Source: Candidatus Methylomirabilia bacterium
GTDB taxonomy: Bacteria; Methylomirabilota; Methylomirabilia; Rokubacteriales; CSP1-6
Assembly (NCBI GenBank): GCA_041492755.1
Contig: JBGPXN010000048.1
Span: forward strand, 1-28,940
Direction of reading: 5' to 3'
DNA length: 28,940 nucleotides
In this document: one piece after another, positions 1 to 7,338 of the stretch
Layout: each line of letters opens with the position of its first letter
How positions within the stretch are numbered: the first letter of the stretch is position 1
The notes under the pieces: model-generated
Told to the model about the DNA's origin: nothing
Seen by the model: only the letters and a program-made list of their open reading frames with translations
Databases searched by the model: none
Made by a program: the position numbers and the translations under genes

Positions 1-1
1 C

Positions 2-802
2 ATCGTCGTGCCCGGCGGCTACCGGGTCACGGGACGCCAGGGCTACAGCACCGGCTGCCGGCATGCCACCTGGCTCGCCGCCAACGCGGCGGTCTACGAG
101 AACGACAAGGTGCGACTGGGGGCGGATGGCACGCCCGAGGCGCTCTACCTGTTCGTGCCGGCCGCGGAAGTCGAGATGCTCGACACCTGGAAGACCCGCG
201 GGATGCGCGGCACCGGAACGCATCACTTCGCCACGCACGACGTGTTCGTCCCGGCCTGGCGCAGCGTGCTGCAAACGGGCTCGACGCTGATTGAGACGGG
301 GCCGCTCTACCAGTTCCCCCGTACGCTCCTCTTCGCGTCCGGCGACGCCGCCGTCGCCCTGGGGCTGGCGCGCACGTGCCTCGAGACGTTCTACGAGGTC
401 GCCGGCGCGAAGACGCCGCGGTCGATGAAGGGGCTGCTGCGCGATCAACCTCAAGTTCAGACCGACGTCGGTCATGCCGAGGCAAATCTCCGCGCGGCTC
501 GGGCGCTGCTGGCGGAGACGGCCCGCGACGTCTGGGCCTACGTGAGCACGACGGGCACGATCACGCTGGAGCACCGCGCGGCGCTGCGCATCGCCACCAC
601 CCACGCGATCCGGCTGGCCGTGAACGTGGTGGACACCGTCTACAACCAGTGCGGCGCCACTTCGGTCTTCGAGGACCACCTGCTCCAGCGCCACTTCCAG
701 GACATCCACGTGATCAGCCAGCACGTCCAGGGCCGCCCCATGATGTACGAGCTGGTCGGCCGCTACTGGCTCGGCCTGCCGATCGACGAGGCGCGACTCT
801 AG
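2..802 (+). CDS. Acyl-CoA dehydrogenase-superfamily flavin-dependent monooxygenase/hydroxylase (HsaA/C2-HpaH-like), 5'-truncated by the window edge
   Basis: The frame is open from the window start. Motifs 'DTWKTRGMRGTGTHHF' (W-x3-G-M-R-G-T-G-S/T) and C-terminal 'GATSVFEDHLLQRHFQDIHVISQH' are typical of Acyl-CoA_dh_2-type oxygenases. Confidence 0.8.
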   Translation: MVVPGGYRVTGRQGYSTGCRHATWLAANAAVYENDKVRLGADGTPEALYLFVPAAEVEMLDTWKTRGMRGTGTHHFATHDVFVPAWRSVLQTGSTLIETGPLYQFPRTLLFASGDAAVALGLARTCLETFYEVAGAKTPRSMKGLLRDQPQVQTDVGHAEANLRAARALLAETARDVWAYVSTTGTITLEHRAALRIATTHAIRLAVNVVDTVYNQCGATSVFEDHLLQRHFQDIHVISQHVQGRPMMYELVGRYWLGLPIDEARL

Positions 803-848
803 CTCGTGTTCTGATCCTGGCGGTTTTCGCCATCTGTTGCGCCTCGCA

Positions 849-911
849 AGCGAACGCACCGTTAACCGGCGCGCCGCTCGCGGCGTGTCCGTGTTGAACG
901 GGTAGTTGGGC
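849..911 (-). mobile_element. attC-like integron cassette recombination site (63 bp)
   Basis: The minus strand reads GCCCAAC (R'', RYYYAAC)-TACCC-GTTCAAC (L'')-ACGGACACGCCGCGAGCGGCGCGCCG-GTTAAC (L')-GGTGC-GTTCGCT (R', degenerate after GTT). The plus (bottom) strand folds into a hairpin with unpaired G896, T892 and T888. Confidence 0.75.
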
Positions 912-1125
912 GAGCGGAGGACTTACGATCGCGAAGCAGCCCTCGCAGCGCCTTGTTGACGGCCCGATCATTTGGAAACGCCTTGGCGACCTTCGGATCG
1001 AGGACGACCACATTCGTGGCTTCAATGACCCGCTGTGCGTACTTGCCGCGAACCAGCGTCCCGAAGTCGGAGCGCTTGTACTCGGGCCGGAGATCCTCAG
1101 TAGCTCTTCGGCTAGCCTTCTTCAT
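862..1125 (-). CDS. Putative BrnA-like antitoxin (type II TA), 87 aa
   Basis: MKKASRRATEDLRPEYKRSDFGTLVRGKYAQR...NVVVLDPKVAKAFPNDRAVNKALRGL resembles antitoxins found downstream of BrnT. It overlaps the 3' end of the brnT remnant and its stop lies within the attC. Confidence 0.7.
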   Translation of the reverse strand: MKKASRRATEDLRPEYKRSDFGTLVRGKYAQRVIEATNVVVLDPKVAKAFPNDRAVNKALRGLLRDRKSSARPTTRSTRTRRERRAG

Positions 1126-1264
1126 AGATCTTCCTTTCACTTGGTGTCGCTGGCCGTGCACTGATGATCCTGATTGTATCGTCACGGTCGGTGTGAGAGA
1201 TGGCCAGAAGGTGGCCGCCGGTCGAGATGCCGAAGGTGACGAACCTCTCTTCGTCGAAGGAATA
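1112..1264 (-). pseudogene. brnT: BrnT-family toxin remnant (C-terminal half only)
   Basis: SFDEERFVTFGISTGGHLLAISHTDRDDTIRIISARPATPSERKIYEEG carries the BrnT signature 'RIISAR.AT..ER..YE'. The expected N-terminal 'FEWD..K...N..KHG' part is absent, and the upstream in-frame sequence is unrelated and partly repeat-derived. Confidence 0.75.
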
Positions 1265-1308
1265 GCGTTGCCCTCGACGGCCAGAGAACTCAGAGGCTGT
1301 GAGGGAAT

Positions 1309-1390
1309 TCGAGGGGCGCTCCGGCTTCGCCGGGGCGCTCCGAGCGTTGGGGGTATCGGGGGCCATGTCGGGGCCCCCGATGATCTCAGA
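1309..1390. repeat. Two-hairpin intergenic repeat (REP/BIME-like), copy 1
   Basis: GGGGCGCTCCGGC-TTC-GCCGGGGCGCTCC followed by ATCGGGGGCC-N7-GGCCCCCGAT; aligns over about 80 nt with 19749-19833. Confidence 0.75.
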
Positions 1391-1467
1391 TACCGGCTGA
1401 GCTCAGGGCGCCCATGTCGTCGGTCGGATGACGCTGTCCGTGGAACAGGATGAAGCGGCGCGGCCGC

Positions 1468-2886
1468 TCACCGCATCGCCGCCTCGATCACCGGCAGCGC
1501 GAAGTAGACGACGAACAGGGCGGAGGCGAGATACATCATCCAGTGCACGCGCGCGGCCTGGCCGGTGAAGAGCTTGATGACGGTGTACACGACGAAGCCG
1601 GCGCCGATGCCGTTGGTGATCGACCACGTGAACGGCATGGCCAGCATCGTGACGAACGCGGGCAGCGCCTCTTCGTAGTCGCCCCAGCGGATCTCGCCCA
1701 CGATCGTCATCATGTAGAAGCCGACCAGGATCAACGCCGGCGCGGTCGCCTGGGCCGGGATGACGGCGGCCAGCGGCGCGAAGAACATCGCGAGCAGGAA
1801 GAGCACGCCGACCGTCACCGCCACCAGCCCGGTCCGCCCGCCTTCGGCCACCCCGGCGGCCGACTCGATGTACGTCGTGTTGCTGCTGGAGTTGGCGAGG
1901 CCGCCGAGGACGGCGCCGAGCGAATCGACGAGCAGCACCTGCCGGACATTCGGCAGCCGGCCCGCGCGGTCGAGGAAGCCGCCCTTGCCGCCCACGCCGA
2001 TGATCGTGCCCATCGTGTCGAAGAAATCGCTGAGCATGAGGGAGAAGATTGCGAGGACCGCGGTCACCACGCCCAGACGCGCGAAGAGCCCGAAGTCGAG
2101 CTGGCCGAAGGTCGAGAAGTCCGGCGCCTGCACGATCGCGGTGGGAATCCGGGCCGCGCCCGGCGTCGGGAAGCCCTTCCAGTCGGCGAGCCCGCCGTTG
2201 AGGACGATCGCGATCACCGTCGTGCCCAGGATGCCGAGCAGCAGCGCGCCCCGCACCCGGCGCGCGATAAGCCAGAGCGTGAGCACGAACCCGAGCAGGA
2301 ACACCGCGATCGGCAACCCCCGCATCGGTCCCAGACCTACCGGTAACGGGCCGATCGCCGGCTTGACGACGAAGCCGGCGCTGACGAAGCCGATGAACGC
2401 GATGAAGAGACCGATGCCGACGCCGATCGCGCGCTTGAGGCCGAGCGGCACCGCGTCCATCACGGTCTCGCGGAAGCGGGTGAGGACGAGCACGGTGATG
2501 ACCACGCCCTCGAGGAACACCACGGTCATCGCTTGCGGCCAGGTGAGACCTCGTCCCGCGACCAGCTCGAAGGCGACCACGGCGTTGAGGCCCATGCCGG
2601 GTGCCAGCGCGAACGGGTAGTTGCTGACCAGCCCCATCGCGATCGAGAGCAGGCCCGCGGTCAGGCAGGTGACGGTCAGCGTCGCCGCGAACGGCAGTCC
2701 CTTGCCCTCGAGACCGGGAACCCCGACGTAGCCGAGGACGATCGGGTTCACGAAGATGACGTAGGCCATCACCATGAACGTGGTGAGGCCGGCGCGGACC
2801 TCGATGGCGAGGCTGGCCTGGCGCTGGTGGAAGCGGAAATAGTAGGCGAGCGGACCGCCCGGGGACGCTACCGGCCCGCGCGCCAT
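1468..2886 (-). CDS. NCS2/AzgA-family nucleobase permease (PbuG/GhxP-like)
   Basis: 472-aa polytopic membrane protein with 'EVRAGLTTFMVMAYVIFVNP', 'ALAPGMGLNA', 'DFFDTMGT', 'TTYIESAAGVAEGGRTGL' and 'MPFTWSITNGI'. Confidence 0.93.
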   Translation of the reverse strand: MARGPVASPGGPLAYYFRFHQRQASLAIEVRAGLTTFMVMAYVIFVNPIVLGYVGVPGLEGKGLPFAATLTVTCLTAGLLSIAMGLVSNYPFALAPGMGLNAVVAFELVAGRGLTWPQAMTVVFLEGVVITVLVLTRFRETVMDAVPLGLKRAIGVGIGLFIAFIGFVSAGFVVKPAIGPLPVGLGPMRGLPIAVFLLGFVLTLWLIARRVRGALLLGILGTTVIAIVLNGGLADWKGFPTPGAARIPTAIVQAPDFSTFGQLDFGLFARLGVVTAVLAIFSLMLSDFFDTMGTIIGVGGKGGFLDRAGRLPNVRQVLLVDSLGAVLGGLANSSSNTTYIESAAGVAEGGRTGLVAVTVGVLFLLAMFFAPLAAVIPAQATAPALILVGFYMMTIVGEIRWGDYEEALPAFVTMLAMPFTWSITNGIGAGFVVYTVIKLFTGQAARVHWMMYLASALFVVYFALPVIEAAMR

Positions 2887-2890
2887 CGTG

Positions 2891-3673
2891 CTAGCGCCGG
2901 AACTTCTTGAAGTCGACCGGGCGCTTCTCCACGAAGGCGTTGCGGCCTTCCATGGCCTCTTCCGTCTGGTAGTAGAGATTCAGCGCGGTATGCGCGTACT
3001 GGGCAACGCCCGCGCGCTGCTCGGAGTCGATGTTGAACGACTGCTTGGCGAGCGCGAGCGCCGTTGGGCTCTTGTCCAGCAGCTCGGCGCACCACTTCTC
3101 GGTCTCGGCGCGCAGCTCCTTGAAGGGCACGACCGCGTTGACCAGTCCCATCTCGAGCGCCTGGGCCGCGGTGTACTGCCGGCACATGTACCAGATCTCC
3201 CGCGCCTTCTTCTCACCGACGGCGCGGGCCAGGAAACCGGTGCCGTGGCCGGCGTCGACGCTGCCGACGCGCGGGCCGGTCTGGCCGAAGATCGCGTGCT
3301 CGGCGGCGAGGGACAGGTCGCACAGGACGTGCAACACGTGGCCACCGCCGATCGCAAAGCCGTTGACCATCGCGATCACCGGCTTGGGGACGTGGCGGAT
3401 CGCGCTGTGCAGCGACTCGACGTCCATCGGACGTTGGTCGGTCGCGTAGCCTGCCGAGCCGCGTTCCTTCTGGTCGCCGCCCGAGCAGAACGCCTTGTCC
3501 CCCGCCCCGGTCAGCACGGCCACGCCGACCGACGGGTCCCAGCGGGCATCGACGAACGCGTCGGTCAGCTCGTGCACGGTGCCCGTGCGGAAGGCGTTGC
3601 GCACCTCCGGACGATTGATGGTGATCCAGGCCACGCCGTCTTTCTTCTCGTAGAGAACGTCCTTGTACGTCAT
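2891..3673 (-). CDS. Crotonase-family enzyme, MenB (DHNA-CoA synthase)/BadI (2-ketocyclohexanecarboxyl-CoA hydrolase)-like
   Basis: 'AFCSGGDQ', '[16 protein letters not shown]', '[14 protein letters not shown]', '[15 protein letters not shown]', '[19 protein letters not shown]'. Confidence 0.85.
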   Translation of the reverse strand: MTYKDVLYEKKDGVAWITINRPEVRNAFRTGTVHELTDAFVDARWDPSVGVAVLTGAGDKAFCSGGDQKERGSAGYATDQRPMDVESLHSAIRHVPKPVIAMVNGFAIGGGHVLHVLCDLSLAAEHAIFGQTGPRVGSVDAGHGTGFLARAVGEKKAREIWYMCRQYTAAQALEMGLVNAVVPFKELRAETEKWCAELLDKSPTALALAKQSFNIDSEQRAGVAQYAHTALNLYYQTEEAMEGRNAFVEKRPVDFKKFRR

Positions 3674-3700
3674 CGGGTCTCCCGGTGGGTTGTGATGGCG

Positions 3701-4492
3701 TTACGCGCGCGGCGGATAGAAGACGGCCGCGCGCCGCTCCTGCCAGGCGCGATTGGCCTCGTCGATCTCCCAGGACGTCATGCACGCGCGCTGCGCGCGC
3801 ACCAGCTCCTCGATGAGCGCGCGCGGATCGCGATGGAACGACTCGTGGAGCAGCCGCTTGGTGTGGCCGACCGCGGTGGGCGACGCCGCGCGCGCCTTGG
3901 CCACGATGCCCTCCACCGCGCGCTCACGCTCGGCCGCCGCGCACACCCAGTTGACCAGCCCCATGGCCTGCGCATCCGCCGGCTTCACGTCGTCGTTGAG
4001 CAGCGCCAGCTCCTTGGCGCGACCGAGACCGACCACGCGCGCCAATCGCAGCACCGCGCCGTCCGGGATCAGGCCATGCCGCGTGGCCCCCAGTCCCAGC
4101 ACGGCATCGTCGGTGGCCAGGCGCACGTCGCAGGCGAGTGCCAACTGCAGACCGCCGCCGATCGAGTAGCCGTGCAGCACGCCCAGCACGAGCTTGGGCA
4201 TGTCCTCGAGGCAGTTGAGCGCGCGGATCCAGTGGCGGAAGAACTCCTCGCCGATCGTGCCCTGGGCCAGCGCGGTGCGGTCCATGCCCGAGCAGAACGC
4301 CCGGCCGCTCCCCGAGACCACCACGAGACCGACGTTCGGGTCCGCGGCGGCCGTCTGGGCGCGATCGGCGAGCTCGCCGGCCAGCTCGGTGTCGAGCGCG
4401 TTGAGCACGGCGGGCCGGTTCAGGGTGATCCAGGCCACGCCGTCGGCGACGCGATAGGTGACGGGCGGTTCCTTGCTCTGGCGTTCGGGCAT
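3701..4492 (-). CDS. Enoyl-CoA hydratase/isomerase family protein
   Basis: 'WITLNRPAVLNAL', 'GRAFCSGMD', 'HGYSIGGGLQLALACDVR'. The start was placed at ATG 4492. Confidence 0.88.
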   Translation of the reverse strand: MPERQSKEPPVTYRVADGVAWITLNRPAVLNALDTELAGELADRAQTAAADPNVGLVVVSGSGRAFCSGMDRTALAQGTIGEEFFRHWIRALNCLEDMPKLVLGVLHGYSIGGGLQLALACDVRLATDDAVLGLGATRHGLIPDGAVLRLARVVGLGRAKELALLNDDVKPADAQAMGLVNWVCAAAERERAVEGIVAKARAASPTAVGHTKRLLHESFHRDPRALIEELVRAQRACMTSWEIDEANRAWQERRAAVFYPPRA

Positions 4493-4535
4493 CGTTACGA
4501 TGGCGAATGATACCGCCCGCACGGAGGCCACGCCA

Positions 4536-5513
4536 ATGCTCCCAGTGACGCGCCGCCACTTCCTGCGCTCGGCCGCGGCTCTCGCCGCCGGCGCCGTCCC
4601 CGTTCGTGCGCCGCTCGTCCTGGCCCAGCCCGCGGTCAGGATCGGAACGGCCGTGCTCGGCGACTACGCGCTGGCCGGGCCGATGATCGTCGCCCTCGAC
4701 AAGGGCCTGTTCAAGAACGAGGGCCTGAACGTCGAGTTCGTCCCCTTCCGGGGCGGGCCCGACCTCGTCAAGGCCACCATCGCGGGCGAGATCCTGATCG
4801 GCGCGGCGGGCAGCACGGACATCCTGGTCTTCCGCGAAGCGGGCATGCCGCTCAAGATGATCGCCACCCACACCGAGGGCAACCACTTCACGCTCAACGT
4901 CGCCCCCGACGTCAACGCCGTGACCGACCTCAAGGGCAAAACGATCGGCGTCACCCGCGTGGGCGCCACCACCTGGGTGTTCGCGCGCATGGTCGCCCAG
5001 CAGCAGAAGTGGGATCCCGACCGTGACGTGAAGATCGTCGGCCTCGGCGGTCTCGACGCCCAGGTGGCGGCCCTGTCCCGCAAAGAAATCCACGCGTTCG
5101 TGTGGGGCGACGGCGGCGCCGTGACCCAGCTCGAGGGCAAGTCCAGGGTGCTCATGCGCCTCGACAAGATCACCCCGAGGTGGATCAGCCAGATTCAGTA
5201 CACGTCGGAGGACTCGATCCGACGCCACGGCGACACCATCCGCAAGGGCGTGCGCGCGATCTTCAAGGCCATCCGCTTCATGGGCCAGAATCCGCGCGAC
5301 GCCGCCGAGATCGTGTCCAAGAAGATCGGCTGGAGCGTGGAGGCCGTGCTCGGCGCGCACAAGATCTCGAGCCCGCTCTTCCCGCACGACGGCACCATCA
5401 GCCTGGAAGCGTTGGCCTCGATACAGGACACGCTGCTCGAGTACGGGGTGATCAAGAAGAAGCTGCCAATCGAAGAGCACGTCGTCCGGGAGTTCACACC
5501 GGTCCGGCTCTGA
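4536..5513 (+). CDS. ABC transporter substrate-binding protein, NitT/TauT (SsuA/THI5-like), Tat-exported
   Basis: RBS GGAGG at 4523-4527; Tat signal 'TRRHFL'; 'KGLFKNEGLNVE', 'DLKGKTIGVTRVGATT'. Confidence 0.88.
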   Translation: MLPVTRRHFLRSAAALAAGAVPVRAPLVLAQPAVRIGTAVLGDYALAGPMIVALDKGLFKNEGLNVEFVPFRGGPDLVKATIAGEILIGAAGSTDILVFREAGMPLKMIATHTEGNHFTLNVAPDVNAVTDLKGKTIGVTRVGATTWVFARMVAQQQKWDPDRDVKIVGLGGLDAQVAALSRKEIHAFVWGDGGAVTQLEGKSRVLMRLDKITPRWISQIQYTSEDSIRRHGDTIRKGVRAIFKAIRFMGQNPRDAAEIVSKKIGWSVEAVLGAHKISSPLFPHDGTISLEALASIQDTLLEYGVIKKKLPIEEHVVREFTPVRL

Positions 5514-5521
5514 CGCGGCCG

Positions 5522-6850
5522 ATGAAGACCTGGCCACGCGCGGGACTGCTGGCCGCGGTCATCGTGCTTTCGATGGCTGAGCCCGCCCGCGCGCAGCTCT
5601 TCCTCGCCTCCCGCCCGCAGGCACCATTCACCGTGGGGCCGCTCTACGTGCGCGCCTCGGTCTCGCCCAAACCAGGCCCGGTCGGCATCGACGTGTTCTG
5701 GAGCCTCGTCGTCGCGCCCGGTCGTGACGTGGCGGATCACGCGCAAGACCTTTACCTGCTCTGGCCGGGCTCGGTCCATGGCGATCCGAAGGTCGGGGCA
5801 CCCGACCCCGCGCTCGCGCGTCACGTGACCCAGCGGAGCTTCGAGGTGGTCGACGAAGGCCGGCTCGGGCTGTTCGCCATGCCGCTCTTCGGTGACGGCA
5901 AGCCACGCAGCGTGCCGGGGGGCGCGCCCTTCGTGTCGTTCGTGCGCACGGGCGGCGCGATGGGTCTGTCCACGCCCGTGACCTACGTTCGAATTCCCTG
6001 GGTCCCAGAGATGGTGAACCGCACGTGGCTCATGGACCTCCGCTTGAGCGTGCCGGGAATCGTGCGGCCGCGGCAGGCCAGCTTCGTCGAGAACCTGTTC
6101 TGGGGCGACCGGTACCTCGCCTCGCTGAGCTTCCACGACATCCGGGGACGTGCGCTGTTCGCGATGTACTTCGAGAACCGCGACCGCGTGATCCGGCTCG
6201 CCGAGGAGCCGTCGCAGCTCCTGCTCAACTTCGCGGATGCCGACCACTTGAAGATCGACTCGGTGGCACCCCCGACCGCGACCCGCCGCCGCCACGAGTC
6301 GCTGGAGAAGACGGAGGTGGTCTCGCTCTTCCTCGACCGGACGGACGGCATGATTCCCCAGGTGCTCACCGTGCAGTACGGCTATTTCTCGGGGCTGCGG
6401 TCGTGGGCGCCGGTGCTCATCCCCACCCTGTTCTTCGTGCTCGGCAACCTGGCCGGGCCCATCATCCGCGCCCTGGCCCAGCAGCTGAGCCGGGCCATCG
6501 GCGCGCGCTTTCAGTTCGGCCGGCAGCCGATGCGCGATCGCGGCATGGTGCTCTCCCGCGAGGAGCTGGCGCGCATTCGTCCGGGGGAGACGACACGCGA
6601 CGAGGTGCTCGCCATCGCCGGGACGGAGTACGAGGAGCAGGAGCGCTTCGTCACCCCGGGCCACCGGACGCTGACCTACCGGGGGCGCCGCGTGGTGCCG
6701 GCGCGCCGGCGGATCTTTCCCTGGCTCGCGAGCGTGCGCTACTGGGAGGCCGAGAATCACGAGGTCGAGATCGAGCTCGACGGCGACGTGGTCCGCGACG
6801 TCCAGGCGCGCGTGCGCCGCAGTCGCGTGTCGCACCCGGACGGCGATTGA
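5522..6850 (+). CDS. Hypothetical exported/membrane-anchored protein, 442 aa
   Basis: N-terminal signal peptide (MKTWPRAGLLAAVIVLSMAEPARA), host-like GC3 codon usage, one TM helix (WAPVLIPTLFFVLGNLAGPII) and a C-terminal 'IRPGETTRDEVLAIAG' segment reminiscent of SmpA/BamE. Confidence 0.8.
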   Translation: MKTWPRAGLLAAVIVLSMAEPARAQLFLASRPQAPFTVGPLYVRASVSPKPGPVGIDVFWSLVVAPGRDVADHAQDLYLLWPGSVHGDPKVGAPDPALARHVTQRSFEVVDEGRLGLFAMPLFGDGKPRSVPGGAPFVSFVRTGGAMGLSTPVTYVRIPWVPEMVNRTWLMDLRLSVPGIVRPRQASFVENLFWGDRYLASLSFHDIRGRALFAMYFENRDRVIRLAEEPSQLLLNFADADHLKIDSVAPPTATRRRHESLEKTEVVSLFLDRTDGMIPQVLTVQYGYFSGLRSWAPVLIPTLFFVLGNLAGPIIRALAQQLSRAIGARFQFGRQPMRDRGMVLSREELARIRPGETTRDEVLAIAGTEYEEQERFVTPGHRTLTYRGRRVVPARRRIFPWLASVRYWEAENHEVEIELDGDVVRDVQARVRRSRVSHPDGD

Positions 6851-6908
6851 GCCCAGGCGGGAGCTTTCGCGCCCGTCGAGCGGCGCTCGACACCGCTGGT
6901 CTAGACGG

Positions 6909-7004
6909 TCAGCGCCACCACAAACGGTAGAAAACGAAGCTGACCGAGGGGCCGAACACGGCGGCCACGACGGTCAGGTACACGGCGAATTCGGTCCAGC
7001 TCAT
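6909..7004 (-). CDS. Candidate small single-pass membrane protein, 31 aa (MSWTEFAVYLTVVAAVFGPSVSFVFYRLWWR)
   Basis: Below the ORF-track cut-off. 28 of 31 codons end in G/C; hydrophobic core followed by a basic/aromatic tail. No clear RBS. Confidence 0.45.
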   Translation of the reverse strand: MSWTEFAVYLTVVAAVFGPSVSFVFYRLWWR

Positions 7005-7106
7005 GCGGTTGAGATCGGCCGCTCGGGGCCCCGGCTTGAGACGATTCGGCGACGCTCCCGATTCCGGTACGCCGCCGCTAGCGCGTCGACTCGCGCGGAG
7101 CGCTAC

Positions 7107-7338
7107 CCTGGATTATTCGTGAACGCGCACACCGCGATCGACCGGGGGGCACGGGCGGAGATGGGGGGATGGGGTCCGGGTGACCCATGTCCCGCCACCC
7201 GAGACGACGACATCGCCGTATGGAATGGGAACGGCTCGCCGGTGATCGGTACGCCGTCGGCTGTGGTCCCGTCCACCCATCTCCGGCCGTGCCCCCCCCC
7301 GGTCGGCGAACGCGTCACGCGTTCACGAATAGTCCAGG
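7107..7338. mobile_element. MITE-like/palindromic element A (232 bp) with CTGGATTATTCRTGA-type termini
   Basis: 21-bp terminal inverted repeat CCTGGATTATTCGTGAACGCG / CGCGTTCACGAATAGTCCAGG (1 mismatch), a second internal IR (about 7139-7169 / 7272-7305), flanks CTAC / CTAG. Confidence 0.7.

Noticed and set aside
1265..1366. N-terminal part of the 84-aa ORF 1112..1366 as a true BrnT start
   Set aside because: Its ATG lies inside the hairpin repeat and the peptide has none of the BrnT N-terminal motifs.
2887..2890. Purine riboswitch upstream of the NCS2 permease
   Set aside because: Only 4 bp separate it from the upstream gene, leaving no room for a leader.
6897..6908. TGGTCTAGACGG as a second GntR/HutC operator
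   Set aside because: It is only an 8-bp palindrome and lies between convergent gene ends, not in a promoter position.
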